A stretch of 64,000 bases of DNA from Neocallimastix sp. 'constans'. Its lineage: Eukaryota. The notes below the pieces were generated by a model, which was given only the letters and a program-made list of their open reading frames with translations, was not told the DNA's origin and did no database searches. Shown here piece after piece: positions 41,084 through 54,973 of this stretch. Both the position numbers and the translations under genes were made by a program. The stretch's first letter is position 1. Each line of letters starts with the position of its first letter. Location: NCBI GenBank assembly GCA_050613775.1, contig JBODTK010000108.1, positions 434,001 to 498,000 on the forward strand, given 5' to 3'.

Positions 41084-42050
41084 GTTTGTTTTGAATTGGG
41101 AACGATTACTATTGTTAATAATAATAAAAAAAAATTGTGGATTAGAACTGATCCGATTCTAGGCAGTAATCGTTTGCACAGTTAGAAGAGATTTTAGGAA
41201 CCTGGAAAGATTTCCAAAATACTATTAGCTATTTGATCTTGTGGGCCCCGTTAAGAAAGCAATCTATTTTAACATTTTTCATTCAAAGATGAGTTGTCAG
41301 AGTATCTGTTGAATTCGAGGATATAGTTTTGAATATCATCAATTCTTCTTTGTTTAATGGTGGTCAGAAGTTTTTTTTTTTGGTTAGCAATGAATGTTGA
41401 GTCATTGTTACCAAAGACTGACTTAAAATATTTAGAGATATAGCAGAATCGTAATTTAATAAGCATTCAATTTATCATGATTTTCTATACGTGACAAGGC
41501 CCAGTTCATTACGTCGCTGTTATAGTCTTGAAATGATATATATATATATATATATATACTATTTTTGATTCATCCTCTGTATAACAATCAGGGTAAAACC
41601 ATAAAGATGAGTTCCATTTTTTTTCTTTTTTTTTTTTTTTGGGGGGGAGAAAGCCTTTGAAAAAAAGAAAAGAAAAGAAAAGAGCAACAATTTCTAGCGA
41701 AAACCATCCTTCAGAGTAGCATTATTCATTATATTCAGCATTCATATTAAATAATAATGATAAAAAAATAAAAATTAAAAAATAAAAAAAAATATTAAAG
41801 AATAATCCCGAAAGAGAATCTTTAAGAAATTCAAATAAGTCCAGAGATAATTCAAGAGAGTATTAAGAATTCTAAAAGGTCCTAAAAGAGTCTAAAAGAG
41901 TCTAAGAGGGTTCCAAGATTAAAATAACAGTTATAAAAAGGAGTGATAGAATAATGATAAAACGAAAGGAAACTGGATTAACAAAGGTCTTCAAGTAATA
42001 TAATAACTCGGATATGATAATATATAACGAATATGACAGAAACAAGAGTA
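38460..42050 (-). mobile_element. Heavily decayed chromoviral Ty3/gypsy element (gag, RT, integrase, chromodomain)
   Basis: Gag-like FKSVFGNNDSTFIANQK...QNYILEFNRY (~41300) and CLFCG knuckle (~40910); RT-like YGPIYPLT...KTAF (39900-40280); integrase HLAEFSYN (~39230); LPKEIPIHPFIHVS and chromodomain EEFNVEAI...KWKGYPLSEISWEQEANLNC (38470-38720). Confidence 0.8.
40357..40690 (+). mobile_element. Opposite-strand gypsy integrase C-terminal fragment embedded in the decayed element
   Basis: [10 protein letters not shown]...[34 protein letters not shown]...[17 protein letters not shown]. Confidence 0.82.
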
Positions 42051-43929
42051 TTTGTCTAAAGAAGAGCCAATATAAACTGAAAAATTTATTAAAATTAACT
42101 GAAGGTTTTATCTAAGTAAACAAAATAAACAAAAAGGAACCATTATTGAATTTAATAAATTTAATATATCTGTTGTATTGAATTTTTGAATGAAACCTAT
42201 CCTAAAAACAATATATATAAATTTTTTTTATTTTTTTTATTTTTTTTTAAATGAAAATGGATTAAGCATATATATATAAAAGGTTTACATAATATAAAAT
42301 AAATATATAAAATAGAATTTAATATAAAAAATGTTAAAATATTTTAAATATTAATTTTATTAATATATATACAAGTTTATTAATTAATTGGCAGAATATA
42401 GATATATAAATATATAAATATATTTAGAGAATTAATAAAAAGGGAATAAGATTGAAAGAGATACTTTTTGAATCATTATAAAGTCTATTATTACTTCATA
42501 TTTATTGAAAATTACTGAAATAAATTATTTAACAATGTTAAATGATAAATAAATACATTTAGTATTAAAATATAAGATAATATGTAGAATTTATAATAAG
42601 AAATTTAAATTGCGTGATATGAACATATTATTTTAATATTTATTAATAAAAGTATTATTTTATAAATCCATTTGTTTAGGTGAAGTGTTTATATGTTTAA
42701 TGGTTTAATTTTCTTTTATTAATAAATTAATTTTAACACAGACAATAATAAATAAATAAATAAATAAATAAGTAAATAAATAAATAAATAAATAAGTAAA
42801 TAAATAAGTAAATAAATAAATAAGTAAGTAAGTAAGTAAATAAATAAATAAATAAGACTTAATAATATGATTAGAATATAAAAATGAAATAAATTTAATA
42901 ATTATATTAATTAAATAGACATAAAAAATTTAGAGGAATTTATGACATTTGTACATTTGATGCAGATAGTTTACCTATTATTATGAATTCAAAAAAATAT
43001 TGTTTATTTATTAACAATGATATATATGTAGAGATATAAAGATATTAGAATTAAATTTATTTGATAAAGATACTTAGCAAAATGGAATCAAAAATTATCA
43101 CCATATGTATTTTATAATTATTAAAATATCTATAATATTATAAATATACTATTTAAGTATCAAATGTATACCATTCTTTCCTTTGAATTTTATATTTCAT
43201 AAAAATTGTCATATATTAAATAATTATATTGTTATAAATATATTAACAAAATTATTTTAATGCATGGCAGTTTTTTTTTTATATTAAACCTGTACATAGA
43301 CTTTATGAATAAACCAAAATAATAAAGCAAAACAAAATGATAGCATTATAAAAAAGATAGCATGATTATATTATATTAAAACAATACATTAAATACCAAT
43401 TATTTTCATAAATATTTGGGTTTTGGTTGATATTTTTAATATATTTTAATTAAGAAGAAAAAAGTTTATAATTTCTTTAATAAAAGTTAGTTTAACATAA
43501 TTTATAGTTTTTTTCTTTTGTATAATAAAACATAAACTACATAAAAAAGACAAAACGAAAAATAAAACGAAAAAACAAAACAAAAAACAAAAAATAAAAT
43601 AATAAATAAATAAATAATTGAATAATAAATAATAAATAATTGAATAATAAATAATAAATAATGGAATAATAAATAATAAATAATAAATAATAAATAATAA
43701 ATAATTGAATAATAAATAATAAATAATAAATAATAAATAATAAAAATAAATAATAAATAATAAATAATAAATAATAAAAAGAGTATTTATTAATAAACAA
43801 TAAATAATAAATAATAAATAATAAATAATAAATAATAAATAATAAATAATAAATAATAAATAATGGAATAATAAATAATTAAATAATAAAATATAATTTA
43901 TTTGCTTATGTTAAAATAATACATAAAAC

Positions 43930-43972
<43 letters not shown>

Positions 43973-44559
43973 TACTAAGGTTAGATAAAACAAAAAAGTA
44001 TTTTTATTTATAAAATAAATGTTAAAAAGTATTTGCATTGTATTAAATAATCCATAATTTTTATTTTAATTTTTTTTTTGTTTTAAATATTAGAAAAGAT
44101 AGGTAATGTTAATAATTATACGTAGTTAATTAAATAAATAAATAAGAGTAATTAATTAACTTTAGATTAAGTAAATAAAAACATAAAAAGGCAGTTAAAA
44201 TAAAAAAAAGAGCATACAAAAGTTTATTTTTCAGCTAAAATAAAAATGAAAATTAATTCTTATTCATAATTATTCTTTTTTTTCTTTTTTTTTTTTGTTG
44301 TTATAACTCGTGAATATTTAATTAATTAATTATAATGAAAGGGTTTTTCTGTTTTTTCTTTTCTTTTCAAAATTTAAATATATATTTAATAAATTTTTTT
44401 TTTATTTTTTTTTAGGTTAAAGTTATAATACTTTAATATAAATTCTTGTATATTAATTTATATTAAAATATTATTGGAAAGAAAAAATAGAGGGTTTTTG
44501 TGTACAGAAAAAATTTGGAGAAATTTTTTTTTTTTTTATTCTGTCAATATTTTTTAATA

Positions 44560-45240
44560 AATAAATAATAAATAATAAATAATAATAAATAATAAATAAT
44601 AAATAATAAATAATAAATAATAAATAATAAATAATAAATAATAAATAATAAATAATAAATAATAAATAAATAATAAATAATAAATAATAAATAATAAATA
44701 ATAAATAATAAATAATAAATAATAAATAATAAATAATAAATAATAAATAATAAATAATAAATAATAAATAATAAATAATAAATAATAAATAATAAATAAT
44801 AAATAATAAATAATAAATAATAAATAATAAATAATAAATAATAAATAATAAATAATAAATAATAAATAATAAATAATAAATAATAAATAATAAATAATAA
44901 ATAATAAATAATAAATAATAAATAATAAATAATAAATAATAAATAATAAATAATAAATAATAAATAATAAATAATAAATAATAAATAATAAATAATAAAT
45001 AAATAAATAATAAATAAATAAATAAATAGATAAATAGATAATTAAATAATAAATAATAAATAATAAATAATAAATAATAAATAAATAAATAAATAGATAA
45101 ATAGATAATTAAATAATAAATAAATAAATAAATAAATAGATAAATAGATAATTAAATAATAAATAAATAATAAATAAATAATGAATAAATAATAAATGAA
45201 TGAATGAATAAATAAGTAAATAAATAAATAAATATATAAA
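44560..45240. repeat. (TAAATAA)n heptanucleotide satellite
   Basis: Directly visible over ~600 bp. Confidence 0.92.
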
Positions 45241-45581
45241 ACAAAAACATATCATTCATTTTTATTTTAATGTTTTTTTTTTTTATATATATATATATAT
45301 ATATAAAAAACTATGTCATAATAATAAAGAAAAAGCAAATAAAATAAAAAATAAATATCTTTTTTAATATAAATGAGTAATTATAAAAAAAAAAAAAAAA
45401 ATTGAAAAATTGAAAAATTATAATTAAATAGTTTAAACAAGAATATATAAAATATAAACATTGATATAAAATAATATATTTATTTAAAATAAAATAAAAG
45501 AAATAAAATAAAATAAAATAAAATAAAATAAAATAAAATAAAATACATATATATATATATATATAAAATTTAATGTAATAA

Positions 45582-47543
45582 ATGGATTTGGAAGAGGATA
45601 ATTTACTTATTCTTGATAGTATAATTAAAGATGATGAAGAATATATAAATAAATTTGTTGATAATAGTGTAATAAATGAAATAAAATTCAGTGAAGTTAA
45701 AGCATCAACTAATGAAAACATCAGTTCTCCTAAAATTACTACAATTGATTTGAGTAAAGAAGAAAATTTAGACGATATTAAAAATTTTGTAAAGGCATTA
45801 AATGATATTATCATTCAAAAAGATGAATTTCATTTAATTGAAAAAGTATTGTTACATCCTTCATTTCAACCCATTCTTAATGAATTTAGAGAAAGTGAAG
45901 TATTAATCGATGCCTGTAAAAAGGAAAATATAAAAGCAATACAATGGCTAATAACTATGAATTTGAATTTTTCAATTCAAGATAAAAATGGCATGACAGC
46001 TCTAATGTATGCTGCTGAAAATCCAGAATTATTATTTTTAGTAAAATATATTATTTTCAATCATGAGGACTGTGTTAACATTACTGATAATAACGATGAA
46101 AATGCTTTATTTCATGCAATAAATAATGACGATTCTTTTAGTGTCATTCTTGATGATTCTGATGTTGATTTTAATCATATCAATAAAAATAAAGATACAG
46201 TACTTATTTTATGTTGTAAAAAAGATTTAATGAATCAAGTTAGAACATTAGCTATAACCTCCGAGGTTAATACTAATATTATTGATAGGGAAGGAAGGAC
46301 AGGACCAATGTATTTAGTAAAAAATGGGAGATATCATGAATTTCAATTGTTAACCGGTTGTGATATAGATCTTGATTATAAAAATGAAAAAAATGAAACT
46401 CTTTTATCCATTCTTATTCAATGTATTTACAAACCTGATGAAAAATTAGAAAAAGATTATATTATTCCCTACATAAAAATTGTATTGATTCTTGTACAAA
46501 TGAATTGTGATTTTAATATTGCTATTGACGAAGAAGGTAATACTCCATTAATGTTTTTCATTATGATCGAAGATATTTGTACTGTTCATTATATTTTAAC
46601 TTATTGTAGTAATCTTGATGTTTCCATAAAGAATAAAAAAGGGGAGAGCGCATTTTCACTCAGTTTAAAATTACAAAATCGAAGTTTAATAGAAGTTTTA
46701 ATGAATCACCCATCTTTTGATTTTTCCTTTTTTGATTCCAATAATAATAATTTATTAATGCTTTACTCCATTGTGAATGATACGGAGATTATTGAAAAAA
46801 TATTAGCTAAAAATATTGGATTACTTAACCATGTTAATAATAAAAATGAAAATGCATTAATTATCGCCACCAAACTACGAAATAAAGATGTTGTCAACAT
46901 CTTATTGGATTACGATGATATTAATATTAATCAACAAGATTATCTTGGGAATACGGCGATTCATTATGCCGTTCAAATGAAATGTAAATTTATTATTAAA
47001 GCCTTAATCTTCTCGCATGCTGATATAAATTTAAAGAATAAGGAAGGGAAATCGGCATTAGATTTAGCCAGTGAGCTTAAAGATAATAATAATAAAATTT
47101 TAGATTTATTAAGCCGTCCTATACCCGATACATTTAAAAAAAAATCCAGATCCAAAAGTAAGCTATTTACATTGAAAACAATTAAGAAGATTGGAAGTAA
47201 ACGTATGAATAGTATGGACAGTAATATTAGTTATAGTAGTACGAGTAGCTCTGGTAGCATAAATAGTCAAAGTAGCAGTAGTACCAATATTAATAGTGAT
47301 AAATATATTAAATATAAAAAAATAAATGAGTCCAACAAAATTATTGATTTTTGCATTAATGAAGAGGAAAATAAGTATAAACCACTCAAAGATATTGTTA
47401 CAATCAATGAAGATAGAATAGAAAGTTATGGTCATGAAAGTATTATGAAGCCTGAAACTGGTGTCACTAGAACCATCTTAACACAAGCCATAACACTTGA
47501 AATCATCTTAGTATTATTAAATACAGTACAAAGGTTTTTTTAA
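45582..47543 (+). CDS. Ankyrin-repeat protein, paralogue 1 (653 aa, intronless)
   Basis: Repeats QDKNGMTALMYAAE, DEEGNTPLMF, QDYLGNTAIHYAVQ, NKEGKSALDLA; hydrophobic C-terminus. Confidence 0.92.
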   Translation: MDLEEDNLLILDSIIKDDEEYINKFVDNSVINEIKFSEVKASTNENISSPKITTIDLSKEENLDDIKNFVKALNDIIIQKDEFHLIEKVLLHPSFQPILNEFRESEVLIDACKKENIKAIQWLITMNLNFSIQDKNGMTALMYAAENPELLFLVKYIIFNHEDCVNITDNNDENALFHAINNDDSFSVILDDSDVDFNHINKNKDTVLILCCKKDLMNQVRTLAITSEVNTNIIDREGRTGPMYLVKNGRYHEFQLLTGCDIDLDYKNEKNETLLSILIQCIYKPDEKLEKDYIIPYIKIVLILVQMNCDFNIAIDEEGNTPLMFFIMIEDICTVHYILTYCSNLDVSIKNKKGESAFSLSLKLQNRSLIEVLMNHPSFDFSFFDSNNNNLLMLYSIVNDTEIIEKILAKNIGLLNHVNNKNENALIIATKLRNKDVVNILLDYDDININQQDYLGNTAIHYAVQMKCKFIIKALIFSHADINLKNKEGKSALDLASELKDNNNKILDLLSRPIPDTFKKKSRSKSKLFTLKTIKKIGSKRMNSMDSNISYSSTSSSGSINSQSSSSTNINSDKYIKYKKINESNKIIDFCINEEENKYKPLKDIVTINEDRIESYGHESIMKPETGVTRTILTQAITLEIILVLLNTVQRFF

Positions 47544-47609
47544 AAAAAAAAAAAAAAAATTTACATATATATATATTATATATGTATTATATTTAAAATA
47601 TATCTCAAT

Positions 47610-47651
<42 letters not shown>

Positions 47652-48368
47652 TTTTACATAGAAAAAAAAAAAAAAAAAAAACTATTCATTTCAATCTTTT
47701 TCTATAAACAAAACAAAACAAAATAAAACAAAACAAAATAACAAACTAACAAACAAACAAACAAAAATAAAAACAAAAACAAAAAAAGTAAAAAGTAAAA
47801 TACAAGTAAAAATCAAAAAAAAAATTTTATTTATTCGTATTTATAGAACAGTTAATAAAGTGATATATTAGAACTTTTTTATTTATTTAAATATAAATTA
47901 TTTAATTATTTTATTTTATTTATTTTTTTTTTAAAAAAAAAAAAAAACTAATCGTAATAACAATAATAATAACAATAATAATAAACATGAAATAAAATAA
48001 TAATAATAACAATAATAATAAACATGAAATAAAATAATAATAATAACAATAATAATAAACATGAAATAAAATAATAATAATAATAATCAAAATAAAAATA
48101 TTAATAATAATAACAATAAAAAAAAAATAAACAAAATAAATCTAAAAATTAAGTGAAATCAATACCGTCCCATTAAAGTATTACCCTAAATATTCTTTTA
48201 ATTTTATTATTATTAAATACTAAAAAAAAAAAAATTTAAAGGAATATTTTTTTTATTTCCTATTTCCTATTTCCTTATTATTTTTAATTATTATTTCATT
48301 ATTATTTCATTATCTTTTTTTTTTATTATAAAATTTTTTTTTTGTAATTAAATTTTTTATAATTAATA

Positions 48369-48399
<31 letters not shown>

Positions 48400-48889
48400 T
48401 TTTTGTAATTAAATTTTTTATAAGTTATATTTTTTGTTAATTATTAATATTTTTTATAATTAATATAAAATATATATATATAATATATATTTTTTTTTTG
48501 ATTTATTTAATTAGTATTTATAATTTATATTTAAATTACAATTTAATTTATTTTTAATTTATTATTAATAAATATTTTAATATATATATTTATGATATAT
48601 ATTAAGATGTTTAAATTAAGTTTAAAAAAAAAAAAAAAAAACCTTAATTATTAAAAAAAAAAAAAAAAAAAAAACCTTAAATATTAAAAAAAAAAAAGTT
48701 GTCTGTTTCATATATATATGTATTATGTACTTTAATTATGCATAATATATAATATAAAATGAATTATATATTATAATATACCTTATTGTAATTATGAATT
48801 ATTTTGAACCATTTATTTTTTTTTTTAACATTTATATTAATATAGTATAATTCTATGTATATTTTTAAGATTTCAAAATCGATAGATTA

Positions 48890-49262
48890 TCAAAGTTGGC
48901 GGTTATTTCTTGGTGAATGATAAAGTCGATTAAGGTCGAAAGGTCTATTTAATGATCGATACATCGATTATAGCGTTGAAAAGTATTAAAGGTATTACTG
49001 TAAATGACGTCTTTTCAATTTTTATCCTGGTGGTTTTAGTACTTGGAATGAACACCTATGTGGTTTTAAGAGATTACCGAAAAAACAAGCCTGTCGTATA
49101 AAGCGGCATATAAGGAAACGTCTTTCATATTAATCTTGTTTAGAGAAAGAGCTCCGCCGCATAAATCCCAAAATGGTATGGCAAAGAATCCAATGAAAAT
49201 ATGATACATTTTAAGGGAAAGACTGGAAGTCCTATTATCCTTACTTCTCATTAATCCAAATC
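48890..49262 (-). mobile_element. LINE-like 3' remnant
   Basis: Minus strand SYFHWILCH and LCGG; shares DNA similarity with 12955-13050. Confidence 0.4.
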
Positions 49263-49814
49263 TAAAAAAAAAAAAAAAAACTGTAAATGAAAATTGGTAT
49301 TAATTATTCAAAACAAAAAAAAAAAAAAAGAAAATTCATGAAAATGCTATACTATTTTATATTTTTAGTAAAATTGATAAATACTAATGGTATACAAATA
49401 CTATCCTAAAATAAAGATAATTAAAATAAAAGTCGATTATAAAGAAAGAACAAGAAGGTTTTTTTCATTCATTATTAACTTTATTTTTTTTTTTTTTTTT
49501 TTTTATAAAAAATGCTTTTTGTTCTTTCTTCATAATCGACTTTTATTTTTATTTTTATTAGTATTATTTTTTTTTAATTTAATTGAAAAAAGAAATTATA
49601 AGATAAAAAAAAAATATTTTTATTACAAAGTATTAATTATGATTCTTTGAATTGAGAATTCCTAAATGAAATGAAATGAAATGAAATGAAACATCTTTTA
49701 TCGATTTAAATGAAGTAAGTTGTCAAAGTTCAAAAAAAAAAAAAGAGACCAATGATTTTTATGCCAAATTATATCCACCATAATTAAAAAATTATTAAAA
49801 TCAAAAAATTATTT

Positions 49815-49855
<41 letters not shown>

Positions 49856-51261
49856 TTATTATTTTATTTATTTTGGATATTAAATTAAAATAAAAATTAA
49901 AATTTTTTATGGATATTAAAATTATTATAATAATTAAAATAAATTTTTTTTTTTTTTTTTGTAAATCATTAAATTATTAAAATCGAAGAAAAAAAAAAAA
50001 TTTTTTTTATTTAATGTAGCCAATGAAGAAGAAGAAAATTCATTTTTTTTACTCCTTTAATGTAAAATTTTTTTATAAGAACAGTGTTGGTGAAATTGAA
50101 TTTGAAATTACTACATTTAAGGGATTTTTATTTATTTTATTTTTTTTTTTTATTCAAGTGACCATCCATTATTTAATCAATCAATCAATAAATAATTATA
50201 AATAAATAATTATAAATAAGTAATTATAAATGAAAATATAAAAATATAAAAATATAAAAATAAAAATATAAAAATAAAAATAAAGAGTTATATTCTTTTA
50301 GATAGTTGAATGGTAATCTGAATCCATTTTTCTAAGAAATAAGTATTTAATCAATTAAGTAAAAATGATATTAAGTAAAATGATATTAAGTAAAAATGTC
50401 ATAATTATTAGAAGAAAAAAAAAAAGTTTTAACTTTTAAAAAATATAAAACCTTAACTTTTCAATAGGTTTAAATATATTATATATATATATATAATATA
50501 TAAATAATATATATAAATAATATATATACTATTTTTTAATTTTTTAATTTTTAATTTTTTTTTTAAAAAAAAAATAAATTTAAATGTGAAATGTTACACT
50601 AAATTATTTTAATTTAATATAAAAACTTTATTAATTATAGAATATTAAATATTTATTTAAATTCTTTTTTTATTTATTTATTTAATTTTTTTATTTTACT
50701 GAATATATTTGATAAATAAATAATTAATTAAAAGAATATACATTAAATTACATATCAATATATTAAACATTACATTGCTTAAATAGGAAAGAATATGTTA
50801 AAAAAAAAATTGAATAAAAAAATATTTTCTGTATTTTTTTTTTTTTTTATTATCTTTATTTTCTTTTAATTTTTTTTTTTTTTTTTTTTTATTTTTTTTT
50901 TTTTATTTTCTTAACTTAAAAAAATAAAGTTTGACTTATAAAGTTATATGAATAAATAATTTAAAAAAAATATATATATTTATTTATATATATATTTTTT
51001 TTTCAAAATAGTTGTTATAAATATTTTGAAGTTTTATTTAAAAAAAATATATATATATATAAATATATAAATAGATATATATATAAATGAAATGAAAGCT
51101 CGAAAAAAAAAAATATACATAATAGTTAATATAATTAAAAATATTAAAGATTCCCCTCCAAAGAAAAAAAAAATAAATAAACACATATATATATAATTAA
51201 AAATATTAAATTCACAAAAAAAAAAAAAAAAAAAAAAAAAACGTATATATATTTATAGTAA

Positions 51262-53118
51262 ATGGAATATAAAAATTTTGAGAATACTTTTTTTGAACAA
51301 TTAAAACAAAAAAATGTCAAAAAATGTTTAAATTTAATTACTACGAATGAAATCATTGTAAATCAATACTTGGGTGAAACCGGAGATGAAAGTTATAAGG
51401 AAAGTTTTGTGAAAAGACTTAATGATAAAATTATTAAGGAGAAATATAGTTTAAATTTAGTGAAAAAAATATTAAAACATGATTTATTTAAATTTGTTTT
51501 TAAAAAATTTAAAAACAGTGATATTCTAATAAATGCTTGTAAACAAAAAAACAAAAAACTAATCAATTGGCTTTTTAACTTGAATTTTAATCCATGTGTA
51601 GTAGATGAAAATGGTATGACGGCATTAATGCATGCTGCAGAAAACCCTGATTTGTTGTTCGTTGTTCAGTACTATGTAGAAATTTATCCTGATAAAAAAT
51701 GTTTACATATTGCAGATAAAAATAATGAAACAGTATTATTTCATGCCCTCAATAATATTAATACTCTGAGAATATTTTTTAATCTTCCAGAGCATAAAAA
51801 AGTAGATATTAATCATACAAATAAAAATCATGAAACCATTCTTATTTATTGTTGTAAAAAGGAATTATATAAAGCAGCTAAAGTCATCGTCTGTCAAAAG
51901 GATGTTGATTTTAATATTACAGATAATAATGGATATTCGGCGCATATGTATTTAATCGAAAAAGGTTGTCATGAAGTGCTTGAAGTAATTCCTCAATCAC
52001 CAGATATTAATGAAGAAAACGCACAAAACATTATGAAAAAACTTATTCAAATGATCGAAAAAGCTAGATATAGTATTCATCCAACTTATATTCAACCGTA
52101 TATTTATATCTTGAAATGTTTTGCAGATAACAAATATAATTTTAATGTAGTGATTGATGATGAAGGAAATTCCCCTATTATGTATTTTCTTATGATTGAA
52201 GACTTTTGTACAGTTTATTATTTGATGAAAAATTGTGAATTGGATCTTTCCTTTAATAATGATAAGAATGATGATGTCTATTCCCTTTGTATGAAATTAA
52301 ATAATAAATATTTAAAAAAATTCTTTTTAACTAGTGATAAATATCCATTTAACTATTTAGATAAATATAATAATAATCTCCTTATGTATTTCTGTATAAG
52401 AAATGATATTGACACCATAAAATATATTATTAGTAAGAAAAAAGACATCATTCATCAAGTCAATGATAAAAATGAAAATGCTTTAATCATCTCTTCTAAA
52501 TTAGGCCATTTTGAGATCGTTCGATTGCTTTTAATTAATAATTGTGACCCGGATTGTCAAGATTATCTTGGTAATACTGCCCTTTATTATGCTGTAGATA
52601 TTGGCAATGATGAGATTGTTAATGTGTTAATGTTTAATCATGCCAATCCTAATATTAAAAATAAAAAAGGAATATCTCCAATCGATTTAGCAGAAAAAAT
52701 TCAAGATAATTATATTTTGGAAGTGATAAAAAATCCAATTTCACCATTAAAATATAAAAAAAGAGATAAAAAGGGCAAACGTAGTTTTTTTAAAAAAAAA
52801 GGAAGTAAATTGTTAAAAAGTAAGAGTAGTTCTGTCATTTCAAACGATACCAAAAGTGTAGATATTGATATGCATCAATTACAAATAAATAAATATAAGA
52901 ATATTGTAGATTTTTACGTTAGTGAATCTAAAGAAAATAAGTATAAACCATTACCTCAAGGAGATATTATTAGAAATATAGAGTTTAGTATTTATGAATA
53001 TAAAGCTAATAAAAATAGTTTGGTAAAAGTTGTTGGATTATCTAAAGATAGATTATATGAAGGAATTATTATTCAAAGTTTAGGTATATATGCTGGTTTC
53101 ATATTAAGTATATTGTAA
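51262..53118 (+). CDS. Ankyrin-repeat protein, paralogue 2 (618 aa, intronless)
   Basis: Colinear with 45582-47543 (GMTALMHAAENPDLLF, IEDFCTV, QDYLGNTALYYAV, ENKYKPL). Confidence 0.92.
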   Translation: MEYKNFENTFFEQLKQKNVKKCLNLITTNEIIVNQYLGETGDESYKESFVKRLNDKIIKEKYSLNLVKKILKHDLFKFVFKKFKNSDILINACKQKNKKLINWLFNLNFNPCVVDENGMTALMHAAENPDLLFVVQYYVEIYPDKKCLHIADKNNETVLFHALNNINTLRIFFNLPEHKKVDINHTNKNHETILIYCCKKELYKAAKVIVCQKDVDFNITDNNGYSAHMYLIEKGCHEVLEVIPQSPDINEENAQNIMKKLIQMIEKARYSIHPTYIQPYIYILKCFADNKYNFNVVIDDEGNSPIMYFLMIEDFCTVYYLMKNCELDLSFNNDKNDDVYSLCMKLNNKYLKKFFLTSDKYPFNYLDKYNNNLLMYFCIRNDIDTIKYIISKKKDIIHQVNDKNENALIISSKLGHFEIVRLLLINNCDPDCQDYLGNTALYYAVDIGNDEIVNVLMFNHANPNIKNKKGISPIDLAEKIQDNYILEVIKNPISPLKYKKRDKKGKRSFFKKKGSKLLKSKSSSVISNDTKSVDIDMHQLQINKYKNIVDFYVSESKENKYKPLPQGDIIRNIEFSIYEYKANKNSLVKVVGLSKDRLYEGIIIQSLGIYAGFILSIL

Positions 53119-53306
53119 AAAAAAAAAAAAAAAAAAAAATAAAATAAAATTTTCTTTTATTTATTTATTTATAGAGAAATATATATATATATATATATAT
53201 ATATTTAATTATAGAAATGGTTTCATTCAGTATTTTTAGATATTATCGTAATAATTAAAAAATATTAATAATAATCCCTAAAAATAAATTAAAACAAAAA
53301 ATAAAA

Positions 53307-53341
<35 letters not shown>

Positions 53342-54402
53342 AGAAAAAAAAAAATAATAATAATAAATATAGAATTTAATTTTTTAAAAAAATATTTATC
53401 ATATATAAATATTTAAATATATATATATATAAACATACATAATAATAATAAATTAAGTAAAAAATAAAAAATAAAACATAAAAAATAAAAAATAAAAAAT
53501 AAAAAATAAAACATAAAAAATAAAAAATAAAAAATAAAAAATAAAAAATAAAAAATAAAAAATAAAAAATAAAAAATAAAAAATAAAAAATAAAAAATAA
53601 AAAATAAAAAATAAAAAATAAAAAATAAAAAATAAAAAATAAAAAATAAAAAATAAAAATAGAAAATAAAAATATATATATATAAATATAAATATAAAAA
53701 TAATATGATAACAAAAAAAAAAAATCATTAAAAAAAATCCAAAAATATATATATATATATAAATATACTATTCATTTACTTTTAGTATTATTAATTAACT
53801 ATGTTATAATTAGATAAAAATTTAATATATTTGGTTTTTCTTTAGTTTTTTTTTTTTTCTTAAATTTAAAGAAAAAACTAAAAATATTATTAATTATACC
53901 AATCTATAAATAATAATTAATAATTAACTAAATAAAATTGATGGAATGAAACATTCATAAACATTTAAGAATATAATAGTGAATAAATTAATTAATTAAT
54001 TAATTAATTATTCCTAATATATAACTTAATTACAAATATTTGTTTAAACTAAAAAAAAAAAAAAAAAAATAAATAAAAAATTTCTATTTAACACTATATA
54101 CTCTATAGTTATATATATTTAAAATTATATGTAATCACTGTGTAATTTAAGATTACTTCTTTTTCTTTTCTTTTTTTTTTTTTTTTTTTTTAAAAAAAAT
54201 TATTGAAATATAATATATACTCTTGCAATAAACTATTATAAAAATATTTAGAATAGAAAGTATAAATATCAGCATTAATTAATTATTTACATAAAATTTA
54301 TGGTGGATAGATTTATTTAATTCTAAATCCTTCTAAATTTTATATATCTTTTTTAAAATAAAGATACCTTATTAACTATTATAGAATCGAAAAATGTTTT
54401 GT

Positions 54403-54444
<42 letters not shown>

Positions 54445-54554
54445 TGAAAATATTTTAAATATTAAAAATTTTTATAAATATGTATTTTTATATTATAGAA
54501 TTTATTATAAAAATTAAATATTATATTAATTATTTAAGCTTTTAAGAAAGAGAG

Positions 54555-54596
<42 letters not shown>

Positions 54597-54937
54597 AATA
54601 TCCTATTAATTATTTAAAAAAGAAATTTTTAAACCAAAATTATTTAAATCCGTAAATAACAACAATATAAAGTACATTTTTTTTTTTTTTTTTTTTATTG
54701 TTTTGTGTTTGTTTTTCTTTGTTTAATAATAACATTTAAATAAAATAATCATATATGAAAGGGTTACCGTTTATAAAACAGTTGGTATCATTTATTTATA
54801 CATCGCTGTTAGTATTATTAAAATTATAAAAACATTAATGTCAAAATTACAATTCATACTACATTATTTTGTAATTTTCTATAAAATATATCTCTATTTT
54901 GTTTCTTAAAAATTTAAATAATTAATTCTTTTGTATG

Positions 54938-54973
<36 letters not shown>

